DNA from: the human T2T-CHM13v2.0 reference genome, Homo sapiens
Assembly (NCBI RefSeq): GCF_009914755.1
Contig: NC_060933.1
DNA length: 64,000 nucleotides
Strand: one strand, 5' to 3'
How positions within the stretch are numbered: position 1 is the stretch's first letter; each line of letters starts with the position of its first letter. The notes beneath the pieces were generated by a model. The model worked only from the letters and a program-made list of their open reading frames with translations. It made no database searches and was not told where the DNA came from. The translations under genes and the position numbers were made by a program. Of this stretch, positions 49,200 to 62,761 are shown one piece after another.

Positions 49200-50240
49200 C
49201 CGATCTGCCTTAGTTTCCACCCTTTTGAGCCCGACGTGGAGAAAGAGGAGGCGTCCCTGCACTCCTGGCCAAGAAGCCACCGTGGGGACCAGGAAGCAGG
49301 AAGTGACCTGCTGTCTCCATGGGGTTCCAGGGTTCCCCCGGCCGGCCAGGGGGCCAGAGCCGAATGTCTTGACCCAAATCCCGTCTTCTGCGCCCGCAGT
49401 CTGACAAAAAGTGAAAACACGGACTCGAACCCGAGGGCTCAGCCTCTGCCGGCCTGGGGGTTCCTCGGTCACCCAAACTGGTGCGAGGAGGCCGGCGGGG
49501 GATGGAACCAACGTACCTCCGGGGCCAGGCCGGACAGCTACTCTGGAGTCCAGGAAACCAACTGGAGAATCAGCCCGGAGGCGAGTCTGGCAGGGACGTT
49601 GGGAGAAGGCGCCCAAGAGCACTCACCACCTTCGCCGCGGTCCCCAGCCTCTTCCTGTCCCGGCCGGGCTCCCTCTCCGTGTTTTCCTTCGGCCCCACTT
49701 CCGGCGCTCAGCGCTGTCTCATTGTGCGCGATTGGGAGCCGACTGTGCCCCCGCCCTAGCGCTCCGCCGCGCACACCGGAAACGAGCGACGCGCCCCGCC
49801 CCGCGGTGCCCCGCCCACGCTCCGACCCCGCCTCCCGCGCCTTTGCCAGCCTGGCCTCTCCTGTCCGGCGCCCCAGCGCACTCGCTCCAGGTGTCGGGCG
49901 CCGGGTCTGGCCACCGGGCGCAACCGTCGGAGCGGGCTAATTACTGGCTCGCCGGATAGCCGGTTCGCCGGCGCTTGGGGGCCAGGCCCGAACTTCTTAC
50001 CAGAGCGGCGCCCGCCCCTTTTCTCTCCCGGCTTCGACGCTCCTCTGGTTCCCCTCTCTGCTCGGGAGGCTAAGTGCTCGGGAGAGGCGCGGGAGCCAAG
50101 ACTTATGCACCCGGAGAGGGACGCGGAGCCAGCGGTCGGGCAAAGCCGCATTCCCCGCGCTTGGGGCCTCGGCTTTGCCCCTGGGTGCTCCCCGGTTACT
50201 TCCAGGGGGAGTAAAGGCTCCGAGGCCTCGTAGCGCTCTT
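49200..50240. promoter_or_regulatory. CpG-island, TATA-less promoter of TUT7
   Basis: High GC and CpG density; ETS site ACTTCCGG at 49697-49704; CCAAT (ATTGG) at 49731-49735; several CCCCGCCC GC boxes across 49748-49833. Confidence 0.88.
49517..49690 (-). other. TUT7: TUT7 non-coding exon 1 with two candidate donors (exon ends 49627 or 49517)
   Basis: GTG|gtgagt and GAG|gtacgt donors inside the CpG island, directly downstream of ETS/GC-box motifs; no ATG in the segment; the 5' end is an estimate. Confidence 0.7.
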
Positions 50241-50764
50241 GGTGTTTTTCTGATAATTCGTAGTGATTAATGTTTTCGTGAATTCTTAATTGCCGACCTT
50301 GTAGAAATGCCAGCATTTAAACATCCACTGCTCACCCAGATCTCAAAGTGGTCAAGGAAAATGCTCTGCTTTTTTCTTAGGTTGTGTAAGGATTACTTTT
50401 ACTTGGAAAAAAAAAAAATCAGTTCATTTCGAAGAATATGTGTAATGGCAAGGGATGACCAGAGAGCGTTACATTCGAATTTTTGAGTTGAAGAGTGCAC
50501 ACCTCGAACTCGGGGTTGCTTTTTCTTTCTTTACTGTATGACCTTCCTTGCTGTTTACAGTGTTCTAAATGCTTTGAAAAACATCAAGCAACTAGTGAAA
50601 TTAGGGAGCGTTGGGAAAATCGACAGTTTTCATTTCTCTGCTTTTTTAAAGCATGTAAATTGAAAGCTGTCAGGTCCTGTGGAGCAATGGTCTTAAAATA
50701 ATAACACACAAAGTTCTGGCTATGCCAATAACTGTTTTGAAGGCTTTACAAATATTAACTCCTT

Positions 50765-50898
50765 TGTTTTATATTTTTGTAGAGACAGGGGTCTCCTATG
50801 TTGCCCAGGCTGCTCTCCAATTCCTGACCTCAAGCCATCCGCCCAACTTGGCCTCCCAAAGTGTTGGGATTACAGGGGTGGTCCACCATACCCAGCCT
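50765..50898 (-). mobile_element. Alu monomer (FLAM-like)
   Basis: Reverse-complement left arm. Confidence 0.75.
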
Positions 50899-51335
50899 TA
50901 ACTTCTTTAATCCTCACAGCTTCATGAAGACTATATCATTATCCCACTTTTAAAGATGAGGACATTTAGCACTTGCAGTGAAGTAAATGGCACTGCTGCA
51001 ATCCAGACCCTGAATATGAGGCTGTTATTAACCATGTGGCTATACTAAAAGTGATATAAAACACATTCCTACAACTTTTATATAATTCCTTACTTAGATA
51101 TTTTGATTGTGAAAATACGTGAGGATCAAACTGATAGTCTCTTCAACAGGCAGACAGTGGCCTTGAAAATATAGTCCAAAAGGGAGTGTGGAGATGCATG
51201 ATTACATTAATTCTGAGACAGCAGCGTCACCACGCCCCACCCAAACCAGTAATTCCTGTGCAAAAGAACTGGTTTAGAAATCTGCCTCCACCTAGAGTTC
51301 TAGAGTAGCAGCAGAGGATACATACTTTTAAGGAT

Positions 51336-51940
<605 letters not shown>

Positions 51941-52368
51941 TAAATTTAAAAAATAAAACGTTTTGAATTTGCGTTTTCTTCAACGTCTTTCCCAAAGCCC
52001 AACTTCTTTTATTCTAATGGTTGCTTTTAAGATTCATTTTGAGGACAAATCAGGCTCTCTCAAATAAGATGCAGTACTAATCAAAATATATTGACAGCAG
52101 AATATACCTTTTTCTGTCCATATTATGCTGTAATGGATATTTAAATTGGTCCTAGGAATTCTTACAATCTGGTTGGAAATTTTGATTTGAGTTTTCTTTG
52201 GATGTCACTGGAAGGATTAATGAGTTTCTCAGAATCTTTATGGTGATTGCTTCACGGTCTTGACATATTTCCAACAACCTGGAGCAGAAATGTGAGGGCA
52301 AAGGCTGCCATATACTGTTAAGCAATGTTCAGAGGACCTTAATACTGCTCCATATGTTACAATATATT

Positions 52369-52645
52369 TTCTATCTTGAGCTTAACATTGTAATACAACT
52401 TGAAATCTTGTGATTCTATCTCGAAATTAACATTTAATACATAATATGTCTTGACATTCTTGTAATTCTATCTAGAAATTAACATTGTAGTACATGTAAT
52501 ACATCTTGGCATTTTTGTAATTCTATCTTGAAATTCACATTGTAATACATGTAATACATCTTGAAGTTTACATTGTAACACATGTAATACATCTTGACAT
52601 TCTTGTAATTCTATCTTGAAATTAACATTGTAATACATCTTGACA
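52369..52645. repeat. AT-rich modular minisatellite (units of about 45-55 bp)
   Basis: TTCTATCT recurs at 52369, 52414, 52466, 52521 and 52609 with ACATTGTAATACAT and CTTGACATTCTTGTAA modules. Confidence 0.85.
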
Positions 52646-53116
52646 AGTCAACTTTGAACAAACCCAGTGCTTTTTTTCTATACAGCCATGGAGTCAGAAA
52701 TACAGGAATTATATTCATAGCTTTATCAGCCAAATTCTTTCCCCAGTGTTTTATTTTGTTTGGTTTGGTTTGGTTTTCGGTTTTTAGAGCTCTAATGCTT
52801 AAATGCCAGCGGTTTTTATCCACATTGTTAGCAAGTTATGTTGGTTTGTCCTTCAAATCTGTCTGGAGTCCAGTAACTTATCACTACTTTCTCTGCTTCC
52901 AGCCAAATGCTCACCACTATCACTTGCTTCCACCTTGTCCTCCAATCTACTCTTGACACAATAGCCAGAAAATGCATATTAAAAATCAGACTGAGTTACC
53001 CCTCAAAACCTTTCACTGGCTCCCAATTTCTCTGGGAGTAAAAACCAAAATCCTTCAATGACTCAGGGCCTTTCCCTTTACCTCCCGATCTCAGCCCTTA
53101 TTCCTCTTACCCCAGT

Positions 53117-54830
<1,714 letters not shown>

Positions 54831-54949
54831 ATTACATCCCCTCCCATACACACACATTGCACCCCGACTATGCTAGCCTTGCAATTCTTCCATCACAAGC
54901 CTCAGGGCTTTGCGCTGGGTGTTCCCTCAGCCTAAAACAGTTTCCCTAA

Positions 54950-55371
<422 letters not shown>

Positions 55372-55426
55372 TGACCACCCATTTAAATTTTAATCTAACA
55401 TTTTACCCGGTGTATTTTTTTGTCTT

Positions 55427-55846
55427 GTAAAAAGAATTTAAAAATCTAAGCTGTTGAAACTTTAAATTTTTTGAACCTTAAAGGAATGTGCTTATGGAGC
55501 CTGAGTCACTTGACAGGCAGCTATAACCTAGGCAGCTGTAGCCTTTGTTTCTCTCATTATAGATTAACCTTCTTCTTTACCTATATTGTTTTGTAAAATG
55601 TTGTAAATGACTAATGGGCTCCAGAGAAGACCCCTTTTCTCTTTACTGTTGATCTTCATTATAGATTACCTTTCCTCTTAACTCTCTCACACTAAGGCTT
55701 ATGACTAGCACATTGTCTAAGAGGGAATGTTAAATATACTCTTAAGTTGAGAAGAAAATGAAAACAAGCTGTATGGAAATGAAAACAAGCCATAACTAAT
55801 TAAATTGTTGTTATAACCCATAAATCAGCCTTCTATGCAAAATTTT
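55427..55846 (+). mobile_element. ERV1-type LTR fragment (LTR24-like; name tentative)
   Basis: Starts TGTAAAAAG; LTR-like GGCAGCTATAACCTAGGCAGCTGTAGCC and ATTATAGATTA duplications; interrupted by Alu sequence. Confidence 0.5.
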
Positions 55847-55865
55847 GCCGGCACAGTGGCTTATA

Positions 55866-55969
55866 GGCTGGGCGTGGTTGTTTACCCTATAATCCCAGCA
55901 CTTTGGGAGGTCAAGGTGGGAGGATTTCTTGAGCCCAGGAATTTGAGACCAGCCTTGGTAACGTAGTGA
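55866..55969 (+). mobile_element. 5' part of an Alu (AluJ-like) split by the provirus; continues at 63209-63450
   Basis: ...GGTAACGTAGTGA joins seamlessly to GACTCCTGTCTCTACAAAA across the GTGA TSD. Confidence 0.88.
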
Positions 55970-56416
55970 TGTTATATATAAAGTTTCGGTGCTGCAAAAG
56001 AAATAGCACTTGAATATAAAATTTTCTTTTTGATTCTCAGGAAGGCAAGGTACTTCTATAGAAGGGTGTGCCCTTACAGATGGAGCAATGGTGAGCACAC
56101 ACTTGGACAAGGGAGGGGAAGGGGTTCTTATCCCTGATGCATGTGGCCACTGCTACTGTGTCCTTCCCTTATTGGCTAGGGTTAGGCGACAGAGGCTAAA
56201 CTAATTCCGATTGGCTAATTTGAAGAGAGTGATGGAGTGAGTGGTTTGGCAGGAAAAATGGTTATGACAGAGCAGGTGATTGGAATGAGTCAGGGTGGAG
56301 TAGGTAATCGAAAAAGGTTGCTTTATGAGGAAGTTAAGTTTAAAAGTAGAAGGCAAAGAATTGAACATACTGACATATTGATTCTTTGAAAAGAAATTTA
56401 GGACTCATATCTAACA
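55970..56416 (-). mobile_element. 3' LTR (LTR10F-like)
   Basis: Paired with the 5' LTR; preceded on the minus strand by the polypurine tract AGAAGAGGAGGGGT (56417-56430); AP-1 site TGAGTCA at 56286-56292. Confidence 0.9.
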
Positions 56417-56436
56417 ACCCCTCCTCTTCTATTTCC

Positions 56437-58060
56437 TTACAGCTTTCTTTTCAAACTTTTTAAACATGTCTTGGCTTCGTTGTTTTGCTTGATTTTGCAA
56501 AAGAAGAAGCTTCTCTGGATAAGGTGAGGATAGTTAAGGGAGGTTTTAGTGAGTGCCATTTTTATGAGCCTCTGCATCAACCTACAGATGCATGGTATGA
56601 CACAGCAGCCAGCAAGAATAAGTACACCTATTATGACTGTGAGGGAAGTAGGAATTGTGGCTACTATTGCTTTCCATTTACCGAACCACTTTTCTAGCCA
56701 TCCTGTAAAAGGGTCATTTACCCCTGAGTTGCGGGCTAACTTGTTGGATAGAGCAGTCAGACCTTGCGATGCTTTTGTTATACTTCCATTAGGGGCAGTG
56801 TTGTTTGGGATGAAGGTGCAACATTGAGTTTTAATCATGATGCAAACTCCTAATTCTAGTGTAGTTAATAAATCGCTATTGGTTGTAGTAGATGTAGTTT
56901 ATCCAATCTACATTTTTATTAATTGTCACCTACCAAAATATTGATGCAAATCCTACAGCTATTTGATTTTAGGCTTTAAATTGATCTGGTATTCCCCATG
57001 GGACTCTAATTGTGTCTAAATAGATGTGAGAGTCAAAAGACCCATAAGGGGCTTCTCTCGCTTTATGATGTCTTATTTTTCCTTCCTCTGGTTGATGAAA
57101 TGCCAGGGTGAAAGGGATAGCCAATTGAACTAAAGCACAAATGCCACTTCAGTTATTTGTCAGAGTGTCCAGTAAAGGTCCACCACAATACCACCACATA
57201 TCCACTTGGGGATGAACAAGGGCTGACTGATTGATAAGCTCTTGAAAATTCTTAAGCTCACTGCATCCCTTCAGGTCTCCAAGGAACGCTGTTTCCTCCC
57301 TGTTGTGAGAGACATGAAGTGAACTTAGTGTTGGGAGACGGAAGCTGGATAGCCCTCGGGGGCTGACCCACAGGGTGCCAGACTTCGGGATATAGCAGAG
57401 AGGGAGCTTGGCACAACTTATTACTCTAGGCTGTAGAATCCTGGAAAAGAGCTGCCATGCAGCCTATGCCTGGTCAAGTGGAGGGTCACCCTAGTGGAAA
57501 GGGGACAGTCTGGGACTCTGGCCTGCTGTGCGTACAAGCATAACAATTGCTTTTGTTTAATGTGCGGACGGAATATTTGATCTATTCCACCAGGCATTTG
57601 CATCTTGGTATCCTTGGTATCTTTGGTATCTTAATTGCCAAAGTTTATTTTAAGTCTTTAACTTTTATGATCCTCTAGTAAAATGAATGTATGGTTTAAG
57701 GAAATTACAAAAACCGGTTGGGGCAGTCCATCCTTGCTCTTCAGTGGTCCACAGAACGTAGGACCAACTACGGCATAAAAGCTCTACATCGGGGGCAAGA
57801 CTCCTGGTTGACACTGGAGTTTTATCGACATCTCCCCGGATTAAATGCCCAGTCTGAGGCCCAGTCTGAGGAGAGTCAGGAAGGACAGAGGTACTTTTTT
57901 GAAGTAGAGAGCTGTCTTTGACTTGGCAAGTCCCCACAGGGTATAACAAAGCAAGCATCAAATGCAATAGTTTGAGGCGAAATTGACTTTGTTATGTTAT
58001 AACTAGACGGTCAGCAATAGAGCGAAGAAAGAAGCAAGAGTAATTGAATAGATGAAAGAA
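56437..58060 (-). pseudogene. ERV env remnant (broken SU; TM with CX6CC and transmembrane helix)
   Basis: GVCIMIKTQCC, WLEKWFGKWK and a hydrophobic anchor in ORF 56437..56838; the upstream part is frameshifted or deleted. Confidence 0.82.
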
Positions 58061-58062
58061 AG

Positions 58063-58451
58063 TTAAATTTTTCTTAGCTTTAGTTTGGTAGGGTTTTCCC
58101 CTGGGACCATGGCCCACGACTCTGGGTGGGGGGGCGGGGGTGCGGGGGGGGTGGCCCTTTCTTGACTCACGTGTGATGAGTCCATCCTCTTTTCGTTGTA
58201 TGAACAGCAGTCCCGGTGGTTAGCAGCCCAAGGTAGGGTCCTTCCCAGGCTGGCTCGAGTTTTCTTTCTTTCCACCCTTTGATGAGAATGTGATCCTCAG
58301 GCTGGTGCTGGTTTACTGGAAATTCTAGGGGTGGTACCTGTGCTAAAAGACTTTTAGTTTTGGGGGAAAGGAAAGAGGAAGATAAACCAAGTATATAAGG
58401 TCTAAGAAATTGATCTTTTGTTTTAAATGCAGGGACATCAGCATTGGACAT
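58063..58451 (-). pseudogene. ERV integrase C-terminal remnant
   Basis: LEPAWEGPY...TAV...GWTHHT (GPY/F domain). Confidence 0.85.
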
Positions 58452-59436
58452 TATAGTCCTTGGTGCCTTCTTATTAAGAAATTTCCTTTAGCACCTATTT
58501 TTATTAGTTTTTAGACCAAAGAAAGCCAAACACCATTTTATATTTGACAATGCTTCCTGTATGACTTTTATACCAGATAAGCTAAATTTCACCTTTATAT
58601 TAGTGTGCTATTAATGTTAAAATCAATTTTAATAAAACCGTGTAGACATATTTATCCAATTTTAACATCTAACCATAAGATAAGATTTTCATAGACTCTT
58701 TTTAACCTTTTATAATTTTTGTTAAAGAGCAGGTTAGTGCTTTAAGAAAAATCCATTGTGCTTTTATTTTAATGTCCAGTTCACAGAAAAACTGGATGAT
58801 ACCTTTTTAACTTTAGCCAGTGTGTTTACACACAGAATTTCCTTTATAATTAATGTTTTCAAACTTGCTTAAACCTTCAAAACAAAGTTTTTTTTTCACC
58901 TTTTAATGTAGGTAAAAATCCACATTCTTATGCCTCTTTATAATTCTTTTACTAAAAGTATATTTTACTTTCCTTATACACCTTGCACATAAACTGTTTC
59001 GTCAATAGTTTTACATTCAGGACGCCTAATTACTGTTACATTATACAACATTTCTTGCATAAATTCCCTTTTATAACACATTTTTTTTCACGCTTTACAA
59101 TATCTTATTTTTCCTTCCTCTGGTTGATGAAATGCCAGACAATTCTTTGACATGCCTCAACTTTCTGACTTGTTGCAAATGTCCCTTTCTTTAAACAAAC
59201 AATTTATTTTAGGACAAGAATTTACCATATAACATTCTTTTTACATAAATTCTCCTCCCCCATCCTTTTTTTTTCCCCAAAGATGATAACCATTCTTTTC
59301 CAAAGCGAACTTCCTTCGGGTCTGTGGATTAGATTGCCTAAGGCCACAAGATTAGAAGTTAGGATAATACATGTTACACTGTTAACTTTTAGCAAGTTTT
59401 GCTTTTGTTGAAAACCTTGTGAGTTTGGGATTTCAA

Positions 59437-61427
59437 TTATCCTTTGCTGTTAATAAGACCTTGTTTAGTCCAAATTAACTTAGAATTGGTATAGATGGTT
59501 CCTTCCTTGTTCTGTAAGTACTTTAAGGCTTGGCTGAGTGCAAACAGCTCACACGTTTGAGCAGACCAACTGTTGGGCAATTTTCTTAACTCTATTTCTA
59601 AGAGAGTTTCTCCATCAATCACTGAACACCATTGTGTCTTTTTCCCTCAATCACCAGGGAGGAACCATCTATGAACGAGTGCCGTCCAGTCCGGAAGGGG
59701 GTTTCTCCTGGGTCTGGTCGAACCTTTGTATGGTAATCAATTAAATCTAAACATGTATGTTCATTCCTTAGATTTGGATTCTTTGTCAGGAAACTTGCTG
59801 GGTTGAGTGAATTTTCAGTGGTCAATGTTAAATTATCCTTTTCTAACAGAATGGCCTCATACTTAAAGATTCTCGAGTCAGTAAGCCATCTCCCTGCTCT
59901 TTGGTTTAAGATAGTTCTAACTTGGTGAGGCTTGCTTACTGTCAATTTTCCTCCAAAATGCTTTCCTCCACTAGTATTGCCATAGTTGCGATGGACTGAA
60001 TGCATTGAGGCCATCCACAAGTGACTGGGTCTAAGACCTTTGATAGGAAGGCTACGGGCTGCCGGTGGCCTCCCTGTTCTTGAGTCAGCACTCCTAAAGC
60101 TACCCCACTGTCCACATTAACAAAAAGGTGGAATGGCTTTTCTAGGGAGGGTAAGGCTAAAACAGGGGCAGTTATGAGCCTTTTCTTCAGCTTCTCAACT
60201 TGATCAGCTTCCTCAGAAGTCCACGGGAGATGGTTAGGCTTCTCCTGGGCAAGCTTTTGATATAACAGTTTACTGTGCAGTGCATATGAGTCAATCCATA
60301 AGTGGCAGTATCTGACTAACCCTAAAAATTTCGAGTTCTTGTTTAGTTTGAGACAAGGGTAAGGACATGATTCCCTTGATCCATTCAGGCCCTATTCTTC
60401 ACTTGCCTGTGCTTATTAAGTGGCCTAAATATTTAACTTCGGGCTGTACATACTGAAGCTTTCTTTTTGAGACTTGTAGCCTCTCAAACTGCAGACAGTT
60501 AAGAATATGTGTAGAGAAGTCAGTTACCTTCTCTTTATCTTCAACAGCTATAAGAATGTCATCCACATACTGAAGAAGGCATATTTGTTCTGGGATGACA
60601 ACTTTTTCTAATACTTGTTCTAAAATTTGACCAAAAAGATTAGGGGAGTCTGTGAACCCTTGGGGCAAGATTGTCCATCAATGTTGTTGTTTCTGCCCTG
60701 AGTGGGGATCCTCCCACTCAAAAGCAAATATATCTTGGTTATCTTCATCCAAGGCACATGCCCAAAAAACATTCTTCAAATCTGTCATAGTAAACCATTG
60801 ATGATTATATGGACTGGCACTATTGGGGTGTTATAAAGGGACATACAGAGCTCAAGAGGCCTGTCCTTAATAAGGCCTTCGATTATAGGTTTTAACTCTA
60901 TCTTATCTTCTAGGGAAATAGGGTATTGTTTCCTACTTACTACTTCTCCCGGGGTTTTTAGCTTGATGTGGATCAGAGGGACTTGGAGTTTCCCTCGGTT
61001 TTCTTCTTTGGACCAGATATTAGGATTAACATATTTTTCATCTGTAGTGGTGAGTAGGTTTAATGAGGTGAGGAATCCTCTTGGGCTGACTTGCAGACCT
61101 ATGCCTAACTTTAACATTAAATCCCTCCCCAGTAAATTAGTTCCTGCTTCAGGGATTAACAAGAACTGAATATAAGCTGAGCAATCCTGGTATCTAACTT
61201 CTGTGCTTTCTAAAATTTTTGCTCTAAATCCTCCCCCTTTTACCCCAGAGACTAAAAGTTCCTCTGAGGAGGAGACAATATTAGATGGGGGGTGGGGAAC
61301 AAACAGAGGGGCAAGCAGCCCCTGAGTTGACTAAAAAGGTGATAAGCTCATGTTTAGGTCCCACCTACAAATTTATCAAGGGCTCCTGGTGGTACTCAAG
61401 ATAAAAGAGACAGAGCCTCTGACCCCC
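59437..61427 (-). pseudogene. ERV protease, reverse transcriptase and partial RNase H remnants
   Basis: FLVNSGAA (catalytic D replaced by N), NLLGRD, PQGFTDSP, LQYVDDIL, FIDGSS and SAQTCEL motifs spread over several frames. Confidence 0.9.
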
Positions 61428-62249
61428 CTATTCTTCCTTGAAAGTCATGAGTGGAAGGGTTTCTTTTTCCTTTCTTAGTTCAGGACATCCTTTCTTGAAG
61501 TGGCCTGTTCTTCCACATCTATAGCACCTATCTTGTCTTTCCTCCCGCTTAGTTCTGGGATTCTTTAACCCTGCTCCCCCATACTCTTTAGGGGGTCTGG
61601 TAGACGAGGACCTTGGTCCTCCAGATGGAGGCTGGGGTCCTTTTAGAGAGGGGTCTTTAGGTTGGGAGGGAACAGGCTGGTGGGATGGTAATTCTCAAGA
61701 GTCAGGGTTATAAGGAGGAAGAATAACATGAGTACAGGGGGAATTGGAATGGGATCTGAGGCAGCAGTGGCTGTCTGAGGGAAAAGATTGGAGACACTGA
61801 GTGGGGGACACTGAGTCTAGGGGATACCATGCACTGGAGTCTTTAGGCATGAGAGCTGGCTTCTCTAACTTTTCAGTTTGAGGTGCTAGATTGGGTTCTT
61901 CCCTATTTGTTTTTAAGGGAAAAAGGAGGGCTGCGCCTTGCCTCCAACAAAGGGCATAGCCTACTTCTTCTTGAGACAGTGGACCTTTATCATTACCATA
62001 TCGGATTAGAAGTTGGCACATCACATCCTCATTCGACCCAAACTTTGGCCAGAAGATTGAGGGTTTGAGGATGGGTCCCTGAGTCCAAATATAACAGCAA
62101 TATTTTATCATTTGTTGCTTTTTCCTATGTTTAGTCCTTTCATTATCCTTCCAGTGTTTTAGCATGAGACCCAGAGGGCTATCTGGGGGGATATCTTTGT
62201 TACCATCTTTATCCCCTTTGCTCCCTCTCTTGCTTGGGATATTTCCCAT
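61428..62249 (-). pseudogene. ERV gag remnant (matrix and nucleocapsid; capsid largely missing)
   Basis: MGNIPS myristoylation-type start; PPY motif; CYRCGRTGHFKKGC knuckle at 61485-61526; gag TAG followed by GGG GGT CAG (gammaretrovirus read-through style); frameshifted. Confidence 0.85.
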
Positions 62250-62740
62250 CTTGATGGTTTTGGGGTAAGGTTCAAAGTTCAATTTCCCTTACTGGACATT
62301 TTTCACCTTTTGGGGTGAGGCTCAATTTCCCCCACTGGAAATTTCTTGCCTTTTCTACTGCTGGAGGTTTGTGTGAGGTTTAATCCCTGCCAAGAGGGAT
62401 GTCTTGCCTCTTTTTAACCTCTAAGCCACCTTGACCAAGGAGTACTTCACCACACCCCCCACCCCCCTGCAGCTTTCTTACCTTAGTCCTGACCACCAAG
62501 GAAATACTTTACCAGCTCACACAGCTTCTCCTTCCTTGGTCTGTGCACAGAGTCATCACCACAGTATGTGAAGATCCTTTAAGCTAGGTTGCTGGCCAGT
62601 TTTTTTTTTTCTTCCCGTGTTGCTCAGGTTATTCCTCACACTGGGTGGGTCTTGATTTCTCACCCCTGAGGCCGCCACAAGGGGACGGGGTGCACCTCCT
62701 CATGAGAGAGAACCAGACACTATCCCTGGAGGGGAATGTA

Positions 62741-62758
62741 ATCACGGGCGAGCCCCCA
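62741..62758 (-). other. Primer-binding site, tRNA-Pro
   Basis: TGGGGGCTCGCCCGTGAT matches the Pro PBS TGGGGGCTCGTCCGGGAT at 16/18, starting just inside the 5' LTR boundary. Confidence 0.88.
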
Positions 62759-62761
62759 AAT

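Noticed and set aside
48947-50316. Long overlapping ORFs (up to 259 aa) on both strands
   Set aside because: Stop-poor GC-rich CpG island; low-complexity P/A/R/G translations with no domain signal.
52369-52645. CRISPR-like array
   Set aside because: The intervening sequences are themselves repeated modules rather than unique spacers, there are no cas genes, and the context is eukaryotic.
56437-56838. Co-opted syncytin-like env gene
   Set aside because: Only a TM fragment; no signal peptide, intact SU, furin site or fusion peptide, and the tail is frameshifted.
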